The position numbers were made by a program, and so were the translations under genes. Of a stretch of 64,000 nucleotides of DNA, positions 13,695-28,084 are shown in pieces. The notes beneath the pieces are model-generated. The model saw only the letters and a program-made list of their open reading frames with translations, ran no database searches and was not told the DNA's origin. The DNA comes from Rhynchobatus australiae (Eukaryota). The first letter of the stretch is position 1, and every line of letters begins with the position of its first letter. The DNA is taken from assembly GCA_034780895.1 (NCBI GenBank), contig JAUZTB010000033.1:27459330-27523329 (forward strand). Reading direction: 5' to 3'.

Positions 13695-14085
13695 AAGCAA
13701 AAACTGCAGATGCTGGAAATCTGAAATAAAAACAAAGTGCTCAGCTGGTTAGGAGATGAATTTGTCATTAGAAAGATTCTGTTGAAAGGTCCTTGACTTG
13801 AATCAGTAACTTAGTTTCAACAGAAAATGCTGGAAAAATTCAGCAGGTTCATCAACATTTCAGGTCTGCAATCTTATGTCAGACCCTTTAGGTGAAGGGT
13901 CACAGATCTGAAAAGTTAACTGTTTCTCTTTCCACAGATCTGCCTGACCTGTTAGTTTTTCCAGCAGTTTTTTTTGTATATCAGATTTCCAGAATCTGTA
14001 TTTTTTAAAAATTTTTATGAAGTCTGTTTTTCTCTCTGTGGATGCTGCCTGACCTTCTGGGTATTTCTAGCATTTTTGTTTTTCT
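13695..14085. mobile_element. Cluster of nested, inverted PLE-derived termini
   Basis: Minus copies near 13700 and 13825 and plus copies near 13930 and 14040 of the GATGCTGCCTGACC / CTGCAGATGCTGGAAATCTGA unit. Confidence 0.7.
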
Positions 14086-14544
14086 TTTGTGAGTTGTTTG
14101 ATTATTCAGCTACAAATATTATTTGTGGTCAATTAAAATAATGTCTGCTTTGGAATAATTTTGGAATTGAGCTTATATTTTCAATCAGACTTCAAGAACG
14201 TGTCACAATAATTTTCAGTTATTGCTCTGATTAAAACCAGGTATTTGTGCCTGGTGTTATAAAATGACCAAAAACTATCAGTGGAGCCAGGAGAATGAAA
14301 GTAAGCTGGAAGTATTTAACAATGACTGTTATTTTAGAGGGAATATGCAAGTGATCTATGCAAAAGTGAAGATGTAAACGTTTCCAACAAATGTTTGATA
14401 AAATTGTTCAAAATTATCTGTTTGCTTCAGGCTACCTTACTGGTTAAGATTCTGCAAGCATCCATCTTTACTAAAATATTCATATAATTAGGTTGATATA
14501 TTTTTATTCCATTGCATCACCAAGTATTTACAACTTGGAAGTGA

Positions 14545-14985
14545 AAGAATTGGACCAGAGGGTCCATGCCAGTGTTCATGCTCCACACAACTCCCTTACA
14601 GTCTTGCTTCATATAACCCCATCAACACCATTCCTTTCTCTTCTGTTTATCTCACTTTGTGTTAAGTGCATGTAATTAGTAGCAGAAGTGTCCCTTGTGG
14701 TAGCAGCTTCCACATTCTGCCTACCCTGTGGTTAAAGAACTCAGTCTTGACTTTCTTTTAGCTTTATTAAGAATCATATCATTCTTTTGACCCCTAATTC
14801 TGTTTTCTTCTGCAATAGAAAACATATCTGATCTAGAAGATCTCATTAGGTTCTTCTTTGATCCTTACTTTTCTAGAGAGTAGAACCAGAATTTGTTCAG
14901 TTTCATGATAGATGTGGCCTCTTGGTTCTGGTACTATCCCAGTAAATCATTTTTGCATCTTTAATGTCTTTACAAGTCCTGATCT
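14545..14985 (-). mobile_element. Decayed CR1 LINE 3' fragment
   Basis: TTCCACATTCTGCCTACCCTGTGGTTAAAGAA and GGTACTATCCCAGTAAATCATTTTTGCA match the better-preserved CR1 copies at 37072-38505 and 39079-39740. Confidence 0.55.
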
Positions 14986-17959
14986 GTTCTTACTCCCTCA
15001 AGTATTTTTGAGAAAAAACTCAATGTGAATCACAGAAGTGTGTAGCAAGTGGACTCCATAACTTTTCAAAGTGACAGTACGTAAATATTGAAATTTTTGG
15101 TTGTATTTCTCAGTTTGACACCTACTGTACTGCTGTTATTTCAGTATCATTCAGACTGATGAAAGCTGCTAATTCTGNNNNNNNATGTGGTGTGACATAA
15201 TTGGCATGGATATCATTGTTAGTTTTCCTTCTATTCGTCACCTACCCTCATTTCCATACTGTTCCCAGGGTATTGTCAATCTTTTTGTACTTTAGGCATG
15301 GGTACTTTTCATTATATAGGAGACGAGACAGCATTAGTGAGCTGAACAGACACATATGGTAGGGGAGGAAAGTGATCGCAGTTGTCTCAGGGCTCTTCTC
15401 AACGATTATTTGTTCTGCAGCATATCCTCAGAGAGAGTTAGCAGACTTCACCAGTTTAGAAAATGCTGGCCAATTATTGTAATCTGGAGATGCTGTCTGG
15501 TTCCATGACAATACGTTTATTACCTTTTAAATTGCCTCTATTTTACCTCCATAATATTGACAAAATTATTGTTTATTACTTTCAGTGAACTTGCTGGACA
15601 AATGTTTTATGGGGTATGAATCCTAAAAACTTCAAGATAACAGAGGGAGGGATGTCATTTAAATGTGTTAGTTGATTTGTCTGTTGATAGCCTCCAATGA
15701 CTTTGAGTACAAATGAACAGAAAGAGTTTAATTTAGATTCTGGTGCAGAACGTTAGCGCAGGCTTCAAGAAGCAATTAAGGTAGTGGGAGGTACCATTTG
15801 CTACACTGACACTCTTTGGTATGTGTTATTACAGGGCCAGGTTTTTATAACCTTACCGTGCCTGCACTGTGCTAAAGCGATGCTTTCTGCTGCTCTCATC
15901 TCAACCTGGCTAAGCTATTCCCATATGTGGAAAACTTACTTGCAGAGTCCTTTTACCCTAGTGCCTATGGAATGCTCCATTTTTGGCAGCGGGCCATGTT
16001 TTCCTTATAAGGGAAAGTGTGCTGAAATTCCATCTGATTTTCAAGTTTATCTGAAGTCTCTGGGGGCTGGCTTATGGCTATCCCCTCCCAAGTGAATAAA
16101 ATGCTGCATTTGCCTTTTTACTCTGGACGCTCCAGTTTCAAGCACCTTTTGGATTATCTCAGATTCAAAGAAATAGAACAAGAGCCTTAAATGTTTGGGA
16201 GCATTTTATAGCATAGTCAATATGATTTCTACTTGTACAATTACAAAATGCAGCATCAAATATTATGACATCTTATAATGGGGACAGAAATACCATGGCT
16301 TCTCTGCTTTCTTGATTAGCTCGGTGGGCACGGTATGACAGATGTTTATAATTGTCTGCAGCTGTATAACATTATTGACTGCCGGTTCATGTCACAATTT
16401 TCTGAATTAATGGAATGCACTGTTTCTGTGTAAACGGTGCCTCTTGGGTTACCTTTCTTGTTAAGCATTTGTTCAAATCAGCAACAAATCAAAAAGAAAA
16501 GAGAAAAGACCATATTTTTTGGAGGAGCAGAGACACTGAAAATTACTTAACAAGTAAAATATAAAAGTCAATGCATAATAAAAATTAGCAGAATAAGAAC
16601 TGGCCAGTCTTATTAAACTTAGTGGATTTAATGGCTTTTTAATGTATGTTTTTTCTTTGTAACTTGCATTCCTTTTCAGTTTTAAGTATGTGTTATATCC
16701 CTTTATCCTTTGAGTCATTTCCTTCCCCTAAGCCCACGTCACCCTCACCTTTCATCTTCCAGATTGTAATGTTGATAATTTAGAGGCAGAATGTCTCAAC
16801 TGTAAACATGAACAAATTCAGAGTTGATGGAAATTACAAGCAACCATCTAATTCTGCTTAATTTACTAAGTTATGGGTCAGTGGGCACACGATTTTAATG
16901 GACAAAGTGAGAATTTTGAAACAGAAAATCAATCTTTAAAGAGACAGACACATTCAAGGTAAATCCTGTTGTGGTTCTCTATGCTTGTGATGGAATTATT
17001 CATGATATCACTGTTGCATCCCGACAGCTATCATTTGGTGTAAACAATTTGACATTGCTGCTACAATGTGCATACAAGCTGAAGAAATTGCATAAGCCTC
17101 AAATGTAAGGGCAGCCTTCAACATGTCTTTTCCTCACTGAGCTATTGTTGGAGAGTCTGCAACATTGAGTCTCCCAGGTTGCAGTAAGGACCTTCCTTGA
17201 TTTTGGGGTTGGCAGTGGTGGTAGAATGGGGGTAGGAGAAAGTGCCTGGCCACTCAGATTCTTGCTTCACGTGCCCAGTTCTGACAGAATAATATGCCAA
17301 CATCCATCAGGAATGCATGATGTTCGTAATCATCCTGTGAGTAAAGCTGGCTCAAATCTGTTTCTACATGAAACTGGTGTAGGTCTCATTTTACATTTCA
17401 TGCTATTGCAAGAAAATTTCACCAAATTTTTGTGTTAATAAATTTAGTTCTATATGATCAATAATACAAAACAGAAAAGTTAACATAGATTACCTTTGNN
17501 NNNNNNNNNNNNNNNNNNNNNNNNNNNNNNNNNNNNNNNNNNNNNNNNNNNNNNNNNNNNNNNNNNNNNNNNNNNNNNNNNNNNNNNNNNNNNNNNNNNN
17601 NNNNNNNNNNNNNNNNNNNNNNNNNNNNNNNNNNNNNNNNNNNNNNNNNNNNNNNNNNNNNNNNNNNNNNNNNNNNNNNNNNNNNNNNNNNNNNNNNNNN
17701 NNNNNNNNNNNNNNNNNNNNNNNNNNNNNNNNNNNNNNNNNNNNNNNNNNNNNNNNNNNNNNNNNNNNNNNNNNNNNNNNNNNNNNNNNNNNNNNNNNNN
17801 NNNNNNNNNNNNNNNNNNNNNNNNNNNNNNNNNNNNNNNNNNNNNNNNNNNNNNNNNNNNNNNNNNNNNNNNNNNNNNNNNNNNNNNNNNNNNNNNNNNN
17901 NNNNNNNNNNNNNNNNNNNNNNNNNNNNNNNNNNNNNNNNNNNNNNNNNNNNNCTTAAA

Positions 17960-18158
17960 CCAAGAAATACAAGAGAATGCAGATGCTGGAATCTGGAGCA
18001 AAAGTCTAACAGCTGAAGAGACTCATTGGGTCAAGCCACATCAATGGAAGCAAAAGGATAGTCGACATTTCAGGATGAAACCCTGCATCAGCATTGACTG
18101 TAGAGGGAAGGTAACCAGTCTAAAGGTGTGAGAGGGAGAGGTGAGGGGATGAGGGGTA
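17960..18158 (-). mobile_element. Penelope-like element 3' end with a hammerhead-like motif
   Basis: Reverse complement reads CAGTCAATG-CTGATGC-AGGGTTTCATCCT-GAAA-TGTC-GACT, followed by GATTCCAGCATCTGCA. Confidence 0.7.
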
Positions 18159-21100
18159 GATGTCATTTAGAAGTTAAAAACCTTGGGCCCTAGTTATGTT
18201 TTACTACCTGCAACAAAGGCTCCCAAGAAGAAAAGCTTGAAAACCATTGGAATAAATAATGCATTCAACAAACTAGAACAAATTGGAATTAAATTTTCCT
18301 CTCCTCTGCTAACTAAAAGTCTGCTTAAAAATAGGTCTGAGCCCTTCACTGCTTAATTCCTCAAAGCCCAGTAAGCACCTCTGATTCAACTAAAATCATC
18401 AACCTCAGTCAGCAAAGCTACAAAAAAGATGGTTGTGGCAATGTCCATTATAAGATGCATTTTGCCTCCTCCAGATGTGTTTAGTAAGTTTTCTGGTGCA
18501 CTCGGCCTTGGTAATCTTGTAGGGATTCAGAAATTCCCTCTATGAACTGGGAATTAGAATGGAAGGAGTATCTTTGTACAGGAAATTGAAAGGAGGATGA
18601 ATGCATATCTATACAGGCCATTCAGACAGGTTACAAACGCCTGACTTGTGGACACCCATAGATATGAATGAGCTCCCATATTATTATTAAATTCTGAAGT
18701 CCAACATAAGCACATACATTTGTTCCTATGCACAGCAGAACTAATTTCCTCTCTCTGTCCATTTTTAGTGATTATTTTTTCAGTTTTGTGTATTTTTGAT
18801 GCTATTCATTACAATTCTGTGGAGGTATGGTTACCATATCAAGTGATTATTGTGTACTTTTTCATTTATGGACAAATCAACTTTAGGACATCTGTAAAAA
18901 TGGAACCTGTTTGTTACCTGGGGACAGACTGCACAGGGAATGGGAAAAATTTGTGATGGAGTAACTATGAAAGGAAGATCAATTCGATGTGAGGTTTGGT
19001 TGCATAGGAGTATCTAGTCATTTGCTGCCCATGCAAATGGCAATAATTCTTGTGAGAGTTAGGGATATGAATATTCATGGATTATTTGCTGAAGCCATGA
19101 ATCCTGTTTNNNNNNNNNNNNNNNNNNNNNNNNNNNNNNNNNNNNNNNNNNNNNNNNNNNNNNNNNNNNNNNNNNNNNNNNNNNNNNNNNNNNNNNNNNN
19201 NNNNNNNNNATGATTAAAATAGTATTTTCCTGCTCTTTAGCATGGTGGGTTCTACTACTGTTCTCAATTATCCCCCAAACAGATACAGTGACACTGAAAA
19301 GGTAGGGAATTGAAAATGGATGCCAGTTTCCTTTAGGATTTCTTTTTCCTGCCTGGTTAGGAATATATGGTAATTGTAACACATACTCCTCCTGAGCCCA
19401 GCTGAAATTGGCTGACACAGCATAGACTTGATCTGTTTGGGGGTTGGCTCAGTTTCTCACAAGAGAATGTAGATTTAGATCAATCCAGAGACTTCAATTT
19501 TCCTTTACTATAGAACAGTTCTATCTCATTGAACCATGGATAAGTTAGTTGCATTTATACTGCATGAAAATCTTCTAAGGCACATAGAAGTTGTATATTA
19601 GCTTTCAAAGAGCCAATGGAAGCCAACTGTATGTTCCTCCATAGGAAAAATGGGCAATTTTGTTCCCTATTTTAAGTGAGAGATTTTATTAAACCTCTAT
19701 ATGTTACTTTGTCAGAAAAACCTTGGAGTGTGGTCTGGTTAATCTGCTATTGTTAGAACAGTAAATTGACAGCATATGCATGCAGGCTCCATATAAATAG
19801 CACAGCAGACTTTTACATTCCTTCTTGCCATAGCCCAGCTTATCCAGATGAAGTGCTTCAATTGAATACTGAGTAACTCTGTGTGATTATAAAGCACCAA
19901 TCCAATAAACAGGACCAGAAACAGCAAAAGTAAATTTCAAAAGTTGAATATTTTGGAAAAAAAATGATACTTTGATTTTTTTTGAAGCCATTCCTTGATA
20001 ATTTTACATAGCTGCACATAAATGCATATGAACTATAGGGGGGCGATATGAAAAATAGGGGGCTNNNNNNNNNNNNNNNNNNNNNNNNNNNNNNNNNNNN
20101 NNNNNNNNNNNNTAACATTGTGGGCCGAAAGGCCTGTACTGTGCTGTTGTGTTCTTTGTTCGATACATATATGAAAAATAGATTGTGAAAGCTTTAAATT
20201 TTATGTGAGGCTTTAATGAATTATTTAGTCAATCTTGCTGTGGAAGTAGCTTTCTCTGCAGTCATCACGCATCAACAAATTAAAGCAGTGACACTTCATG
20301 TTGGAAGTTTGGCAATAAGCAGTTGTAAGATGTGAAATAGTTCAATAAAGTATTAGTAAACATATATTGATGCAATGACATATTAAATAATGTGGAAAGT
20401 CATTCTGATTTTGTGCAATGGTTACTGCTCAGTGGTGTGTGGTATTTTTGATGCACCAGTATTTGATCTGATAAACAGGTTGCTAATAATCCTGAAAGCA
20501 TTCCAGAACTAATAATTGTGATTGCTTTAAAACCACTAGTTTCTCTTTAATAGCTCTTATTTGGAATATTCCCATAGGTTATGTCAATGATTATTTCCTG
20601 CTGTAATATACTTGTAGACAAAATTGTTGTGTGATTTAATGATATGGCAAAAGCATTGGATAGCAGCTAGTCAGATCAAAATGTTTGGATATCACTTGCT
20701 TAAAATTCTTCTGCAGAAGCAAATGGTATGGACCACTTGGTCAGAAACAGGTTTTTGCAATGCACGTGAGACCTCTTACTACATGGATTAATGGAAAGCA
20801 GGTTTCCCTGGTTTGGCTCATGTTGCAGGTAAATCCCTTTAACGGCTTAACTTCCCTTGCACCTACCCCCACCACCATTCACCACTTACTGTGGGGCTTA
20901 CGTAGGGCTCTCCCTATCAAACCCCAGTGTTCATGACTGCCTATCCCCACCCCCAACCTCGGCAACTGATCACGACCCCAGCCTATCCACTCAGCCAACC
21001 ACGATCTACATTCTTCCTGACCTGCGATTGCTTCCAACCCCAAGTTTGACTAACACTTTCATCGTCACTCACACCTTTCCCGGGTTTCTCTCAACTACAA

Positions 21101-22404
21101 CCCTCTCCTGTCCTAACCCCAGCAACCAACAATCTGGCATTGCCTAAATTCCTCTGTGAACTCCATAATGTAAAGGTGAAAGTAAACACCTCTGCCACAC
21201 CTTGGGCCTCGTGCGAGAATATGAAGCTGGGGACAGTGTGAAACAAAACATGCAAACTTGAACTGGTGTACTGTTTGTTGCTGATGTATCAGCTTTTTAA
21301 GGTACAGAACGTTTTCCAGCCCCTTCATTTATAAAGAACCTTTCATAACTTCAAGATGTCCCAAAGCAATTTTCAGCCAATCAAGTATTTTAATGAGTAG
21401 TTACTGTTACTTTGTTGGAAATAGGCAGTCTTTGTGTTTGTTGATCATTTATGTGCTGTTATTTCACACAAAATTATGTGATGGATTTAATGGATATTCA
21501 CTATATAACCCATGTTGCAACCATTTCATTTTGTGTGAACCAGCCAGCCATATGTTGTTTATTTATACAACAGGAGTGCATTCTTTTGAATATTCGGCAA
21601 GTCAGATCTGTATTTCATCACAAATTAAATTGTGGCATAATTTTTTTCAGTGACAAACTAGTGCTTTTCATGAGTTACTGATGTATTTATTTGATGGCCC
21701 TCCCCTAAAGTAACTTGTGTAACAAACTACTAATTGCAGTTCTTGATTTTTTAAAAATTATTTTCCTCAGAGAAATATTTTGAGAAGTTTCAGCTACTTT
21801 CTTCTATGTTGTCTTGTTTTCTTCAAGATGAGCTGCGTCTGATGCTTTTGAATAAGTAAATAGCGAATGAGTGATTGCCTGGGAGTTACAAGATTTTAAA
21901 ATGCACTGATAGGTCCCATATTTAGGATTGCATTGGAGTGTACTGCAGTGATATACGAGATAGGTCACTACTCTCTTTGAATGCAGTGAAGTTTTGTAAT
22001 TGTAACGGTTATTTATAGTTCACTTATTCCGTATGATGCACGTCCATTTTTATTAGAGTCCCTGAAAAAATGAGAAGTAATAATCATTAAAAATATATCT
22101 GATTTAAGCCACAGATAGGAAGTATAAAATTCTGCTTTCTTCCTATTCCTGAAGCATGTTTTTAAAGGCATTTTAAGAGTTTTGCTCCCAATGACGTAAA
22201 GGTAGTTTCTCCAAAGTATATAAAAGATAGTTGTTGACACTGAGAAGGTACTAATAGACAAGAAACAGCCCAGTGTGTTGTCTCTTTTAATTAATGACTA
22301 CACCTGAAATGCAGACATCTACAGAACAATCAGCCTTTCATAATATCAGTGTTGAAGAATGGAATTAATTATCACGAGTAAACAAGCAGTATCTGTATCA
22401 TTCA

Positions 22405-23280
22405 GACAAAATCAGCATACCTTAGGAAGGGAAAGATCCTGCCTCACAAATCTCCTTAACTTTGAGGAAGTGATGTCACATTTGGACTGCAGAAGAGCAT
22501 AATTTGTTATAATTAAACTTCCAAAAAACTATTATAGTTATGGGAATTCAGAGAAGCCCCTGGGAATGGATGAGAAACTGGTGAAATGTAGAAAACAATA
22601 GTTATTTGTTAGAGAAGTTATGTCTGGGATAGGCAACCACTGAGCTGAATGCCCCAGGGATCAGTATTGGGACCACCACTGTTTTTAATTTACAATAGCC
22701 TGTATTCTGTGCTGCAATGCAAAATTTGCAGATGATGCCAAATCAGGAGAAGCAGCAGAACATGTGTAGCCAGTTCAAAACTGACAGGCTAAGTAGGGGG
22801 AAAGTGGGCATAAAACTGCAGACAAAATTAATCCAAACATGTTACAAAAAACGAGTGACACCTCTTCTTTATGGAATTATTGAAATGGTTAAACATAAAA
22901 CTGAAAGAAATTTGTAATAGTCTTGGTCGTCGATATATCCAACCAAAGTGGAAGAACAGTTAACAAATCCAATAGAGCGGTGAAATATATACCTGAAAGA
23001 CTAGAGTATGCCAGGGGAAGACATTGTTTAAATTGACTGGTCCCAGGGCCAAACTCCACTGGGAATAATGGGCCAGATCTTCCTGGACCTGGCCCACTGC
23101 CAGAAATCCCACCGAGCTGCACCTACAATTTCCATATGGGGAGGACTGAACAAGCTGATCCTTTGTGCCCAAGAGGGAACCTGTAGAGTGGTATGGGTGA
23201 TGTACACTGAATAGGCATCAGGCAGTGATCCTGAGGCTTTCCCCCAGGCTTGGTGACTGCTTTTGAACAGTTTTTAAATG
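22405..23280 (+). mobile_element. Decayed CR1-type LINE RT fragment plus probable 3' UTR
   Basis: RKGK-SCLTNL-like motif near 22425, CCCCAGGGATCAGTATTGGGACCA (PQGSVLGP) near 22652, AAATTTGCAGATGAT (KFADD) near 22722. Confidence 0.7.
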
Positions 23281-24469
23281 TCTCTGATAGTCACATTTTT
23301 TTTGCCTCTGGTTTATTGAACGTTCATTGTTGCAAACAGTTTATCTTAATTTATTCTATCTAAACATTTCATGATTTTAAGCACAAAATCAATTCTTGGC
23401 CTACTCCACTGTAGGGAGAACAACCCCAGCTTCTCCAGTCTATCCATGTAACTGTACTCCCCTTTCTCTGGAACTATTTCTACTAAAGTCAATTCAGATT
23501 CCATAAACTAAAATACTTACATTGTTCATATTGGTGTAAATACTAAATTTTAAATCAAAGTACTTGGTAGATTGCTCCACCAGTGATTTTGATGAACAAG
23601 GGTAAAGCATTGCTCTCTGGTTAAGAGTTGTGTTGGATAAAAAGATTTTCAAAATTAAACTTGAATTTTGTGATCTGTACAAAATCTGCTTAGACTTTAT
23701 TGATTAAACAGGGGAAAAGTTGGCAGTGAGTGAGAGGAAATTTTCCTCTGCTCACTTGAGTGTAGACATTTCCAGGAAGTAGCTGACAGAAGGAATGTGG
23801 TCTCTCCTCTCAGTGTGCTTGTGGATTCACAAACAGCCCTGTACATATTATTGCACTGTAATTCAGACAAAGTGCTCTTTTAAAATACTTGGCAAGTTCA
23901 TTAACGTTGAATATAGGTATATGTTTATGTTCAATTTTTTTTATTTTTGTGAATGAACATGACATGACCACATTAGATTCAGCACTTACAAGCTTTCCAG
24001 AGGGCTATGCAAATTCATCCAATACTGGTTTGTTCTTCAAGCAAACTTTTATTTGGCTTGGGAGTATGGGGTTAAAGGCTTATCCAGGAAATAGAAACAA
24101 GAAGCAATATTTTGTTACATTTTGAGAGGAAAACTATCATTTATCACGAACATTGTAACTGACCACTTAACAAAAACACTACTTGGCTTTAAATGAATTA
24201 ACCAGTTTTCAGACTTGTTCATGGCAGGATAGAAGAAAAGTAAAGCCTTGTCCTTGCCTCAAATCTTGGACTTCTTTGCAAACTAACTTCTGGTTTTAAT
24301 TATGTTGTTGTATTAGTTAGTAAGTAATTCAGATGATTTAAAGGAATGCCATACATTAATTAGGTGATTGGGCAAAAGAAAAACAAGTGGGATGCACTGT
24401 CACTCAATGGGAGATACTACATTTTCATTAAAAAAATAAAAATAGCGAATGGGAAGTTGGGTGACGATG

Positions 24470-25200
24470 TCCCTTCTCAAAGACTTTCACGTCTTTTCTA
24501 AAGCGCAGTGATCAAAATTGAGCACAATATTCTAGTTGTGATCTAAACAGTGTTTTGTAAAGATTCAACATTATTTCCCTGCTTTTATACTCTGTACTGC
24601 TGCTAAATGAAACCCAGGATCCCATATACTTTATCTTAGCTGTCCTGCCACCTTTAAATAAAAACTATGTACGTATTCACCCAGATGTCGTTATTTCTGC
24701 ACTTCTTTTACATTCTCTCCTCCTCCTTCATGGGAAAATGTATCATTTTTTTCTGTGTTAAATTTCATCTGCCTTGTATCTGACCATTCCACCAGCTTAT
24801 CTATGTTCTCATGAAGTCTACTACCATCTTTATCACTGTTTACCACTCTAACAAGCTTTGTGTCAGCCACAAATGATGAAATTATATACGTTATTAATGT
24901 ATATTGGATTTAACAGTAGTTCCGCCATTGATTCTTGGGGAACAGCAATGCAGCCTTTCATTAGGCCTCTCTACTTTCTGCCCAAGCCAATTCTCATCCT
25001 TGCTCCCACTGACCCTGTTATTCCATGAGCTGCAATTTATGTGGGAGTTGATCAAACATTTGTGAAAATCCATTTATATGACATCTGCCACTTAGCTTCA
25101 TCACCCTGTTCTGCTACCTTATCAAAAATTCAGTCAGATTAGTTGAGCAGAATTTACCTTTGAAACAATCCATGCAGGCACTCCTTTATCAACATGTACT
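24470..25200 (-). mobile_element. Decayed CR1 LINE RT fragment
   Basis: Reverse-strand traces of LEYCAQF (AATTGAGCACAATATTCTAG), ADTKL (AAGCTTTGTGTCAGC) and VPQES (GATTCTTGGGGAAC); colinear with the 37-38 kb copy. Confidence 0.65.
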
Positions 25201-25240
25201 TTTTTCCAGGTTCAACCTTTCTACATGGCTGCTGGATGTT

Positions 25241-25435
25241 TTAAGCAGTTTGCAGTACCTCCTGCCAGCCTCTTCCTTGTGTTGGCCCCACTGGGTCTCT
25301 TTCCTTGCCCTCCTGCCCAGCAGGTAGGACTTCCCTCCTGGCATTCATCTCATTGATGACCATGTTCAGATCTTTCTCATTAAATTTAGCAGAGATCTGT
25401 CTTCTGTGCAGCCTCTTTTTGCTCCATGGCAGCAA
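25241..25435 (-). mobile_element. Myb/SANT-like DNA-binding protein remnant of PIF/Harbinger type (NAIF1-like N-terminus)
   Basis: AKFNEKDLNMVINEMNARREVL...RGWQEV fits the F-x-x-x-E/D-L...R-R-x-V-L...W-x-E-V pattern of Harbinger Myb-like ORFs. Truncated. Confidence 0.5.
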
Positions 25436-27059
25436 TTGTGTGTGTTGTTGGTTCTTGGCTGCCTTTGGAAATGTGCTTTAAGAGATAATGCTCTTCTAAG
25501 ATGTACAGCAAAATGTCTATGCTGAATTCAGTGCAATCCCTGTTTTAGTGCATGTTTCAGGGGGGCGGCGGGGTTGGTTGCAAGCCATCTTAGTGCTGTT
25601 TCAAACATCTCATAGGCCAGTTCCACAGTATTTTTTGCTGGGAGCCAGCATGACTTTTTGTACTGGACACAATGATGGTTTAGTGCACCAAAAGAAAAGG
25701 CTAAAATCCAACTTCTGGGTTTATTGTCTCCAGTGGTTAAGGAGTTGTAAATGGGGAATCAATATGCAATAAATGTAATTCAGGAGAGAGGATGACTTTG
25801 TTTATAAAGTGATTGTGAATTTCTCCATCAGTTTTGGCCTTGTGTGAGTGTTAAGTACCAATGACACTGGATGAGTCGAGCAGTCGTTTACTGAAGTGTA
25901 ATTTTGGCCAAGCTGTTCTTCCACAGTCTCTGCAGCTGTCATTTTGAAATTAAGACCACTGCACCCCCCTCCCCAACATATACTTTCCCAGAACCTCAAA
26001 ACTGTGGAGTCTCCTTTCCTCCTGCATATGGCTTTTGCAACCCCAATCTCACAATCAGCTAATCAAAAATCCCCTTGCTTCACATATCTAACCTCTTCAT
26101 TTACTCGACCTTTGTTAGTGCTCCACACCCGGGCCCAGGCATTTCATTTTTATTCTCTATGAAAAGCATAATGTCAAACACTTTTTTCCAAGTTGTATTT
26201 CACTGAACTATATTCTGTGGTACTACTCACTACTCCAGCCGAGATATTTGGTGGGCTTGGTTTTCAAAATTAACAAGGCAATTATTGGAATAGGCCATTT
26301 TAGTTTAAAAACTTGTCTGTGAAGTACAAGCTTTGACTCATTAAATGGAACGTAAAAAAACGTGAAAGTCATGATGAATCCACATAAAACATTATTGCTC
26401 CACATAGTGCCAAGCTATCACTATTACATACATGTGAAAGTATGCGCTGCAAATAATTGCCGTAGGAATTCTGGGGCCTGAGAGGAACTTTTTTGGCATT
26501 CTCCTTTCACTCTGCGATCTTAAAAACTACAACAGCACTTTTTCCATCAGCGATTTCAATATATTATTAAATGTTCTCTGAATGCTACATTTGATATATT
26601 GTACATAAAGTTAAAACTACTTCCTAATGAATTAACTAATAAGATTCACGAGCATTAGTGTTTTGCTGAAAATTCCTCTGTTTTTTATTTTCCAATCAAT
26701 CCATACTCTTATGTACCTTGGTTCTGCTCTTTAACATCTGGTGGTGTGCTGCTAATTAACATTTAAATAGACATGAAAGGTAGGAATGGTGACTTGCCTC
26801 CTGATTATCTGCTCATCAATAGCAAACATCAGATTTCAAACTTATGGGAATGGATATTATAAATTTCCAAACATGGCTGAGGCTACAAACTATAATGAAG
26901 TCTCTGAAATGTGGATTTGAATTCTTCCCATTGGGGGATTGGAAATCGTATAGTGAGACATTAATCTGGCACTCCCTGCCAGAATTCATTTGTATTCAGT
27001 ACCAGGGATGAAATTGACATAGTGATGCACTGAACACAAGTAAATTATTGTGGTTAAGT

Positions 27060-27218
27060 AACCTCTCTTCAACACATGTTTATTCCTTTGATCACTTGAA
27101 CTGATAGCTCCTTATGTGGTTCGGTGTCAGGTTTTTTTTTGGTTTGTTAATGTTCCTGTGAGTCACTTAGGGACATCATTGTTATGCTAAAGATACCATA
27201 TAAATGGGTGTTGTTTTA
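27060..27218 (+). mobile_element. L2/SINE-type 3' tail
   Basis: CCTGTGAGTCACTTAGGGAC...TAAAGATACCATATAAATGGGTGTTGTT resembles the L2-type tail. Confidence 0.5.
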
Positions 27219-28084
27219 GTTAGCAGCCTAAACCGATACAAGATCCATGTAGTCAGCAGGAAAATGGAATCTTCAGTTTTATCAGATTTGAACCCAAGTT
27301 CAGTGTGCTTCCTCTACACCACTCAGTCCCCTGTACAGGCCTCTAACTTAATGTGAGCCAGAGCCACTAACGGGAAAGACTACTGTACCTCAGGGGAATA
27401 TGTTTTTCCCAGTCCTTTAAAATGAATAGCAGAAAAGCGTAAATGGAATTGGTAACTACTGTAGGAAGACTAAATAAAGATAGAAGTCACAATTTCACTC
27501 CTCTGTCTTTTGCTGTAGTGGGTTGTTTTCTGCTTTCTTCCTTTAATGTGGTGCTACTATTTTCCAGAAGTCCACCATTCATTGTTAATTTCTCATTATG
27601 TAAAAATGGAAAATATCTATTGCACAACTTTGGGGATTATAAATACTTTACTGGCAAAATGTAGGGTTAGCATTCTGGTTTCTCAGCTATTATTCAACTA
27701 TTCAATCTAATCCATACAAGTGGAACAAAAACCCTTTGTTGAATCTAATGTTGCAATGTGAAATGAGCTAATACCCACTTAAAGAAACTGAGACCAAATT
27801 AGCAATCACACCCAAAGTTCAGAAGGTGGCGTGTTTGGGAACTGCAATAGGTCACAAAGATATACTGCACAATGTCGATCAAAAATTGTGCCTGAAGCAC
27901 AACTGGGTTAGAAATTTGTCCTGTAATGTATGTGCTAAATATGCTATCAGTTTCTGGAATTTTCTTCCATTGAAGTTACCAGAACGGGATTTGAGAAACA
28001 GAGCTCAATGTGCTTATGCATTCAGCATGTACTGCACAGTCAAATTTCTACCCCATTGTTCTGATTCATATAGGGCAGATGGGC

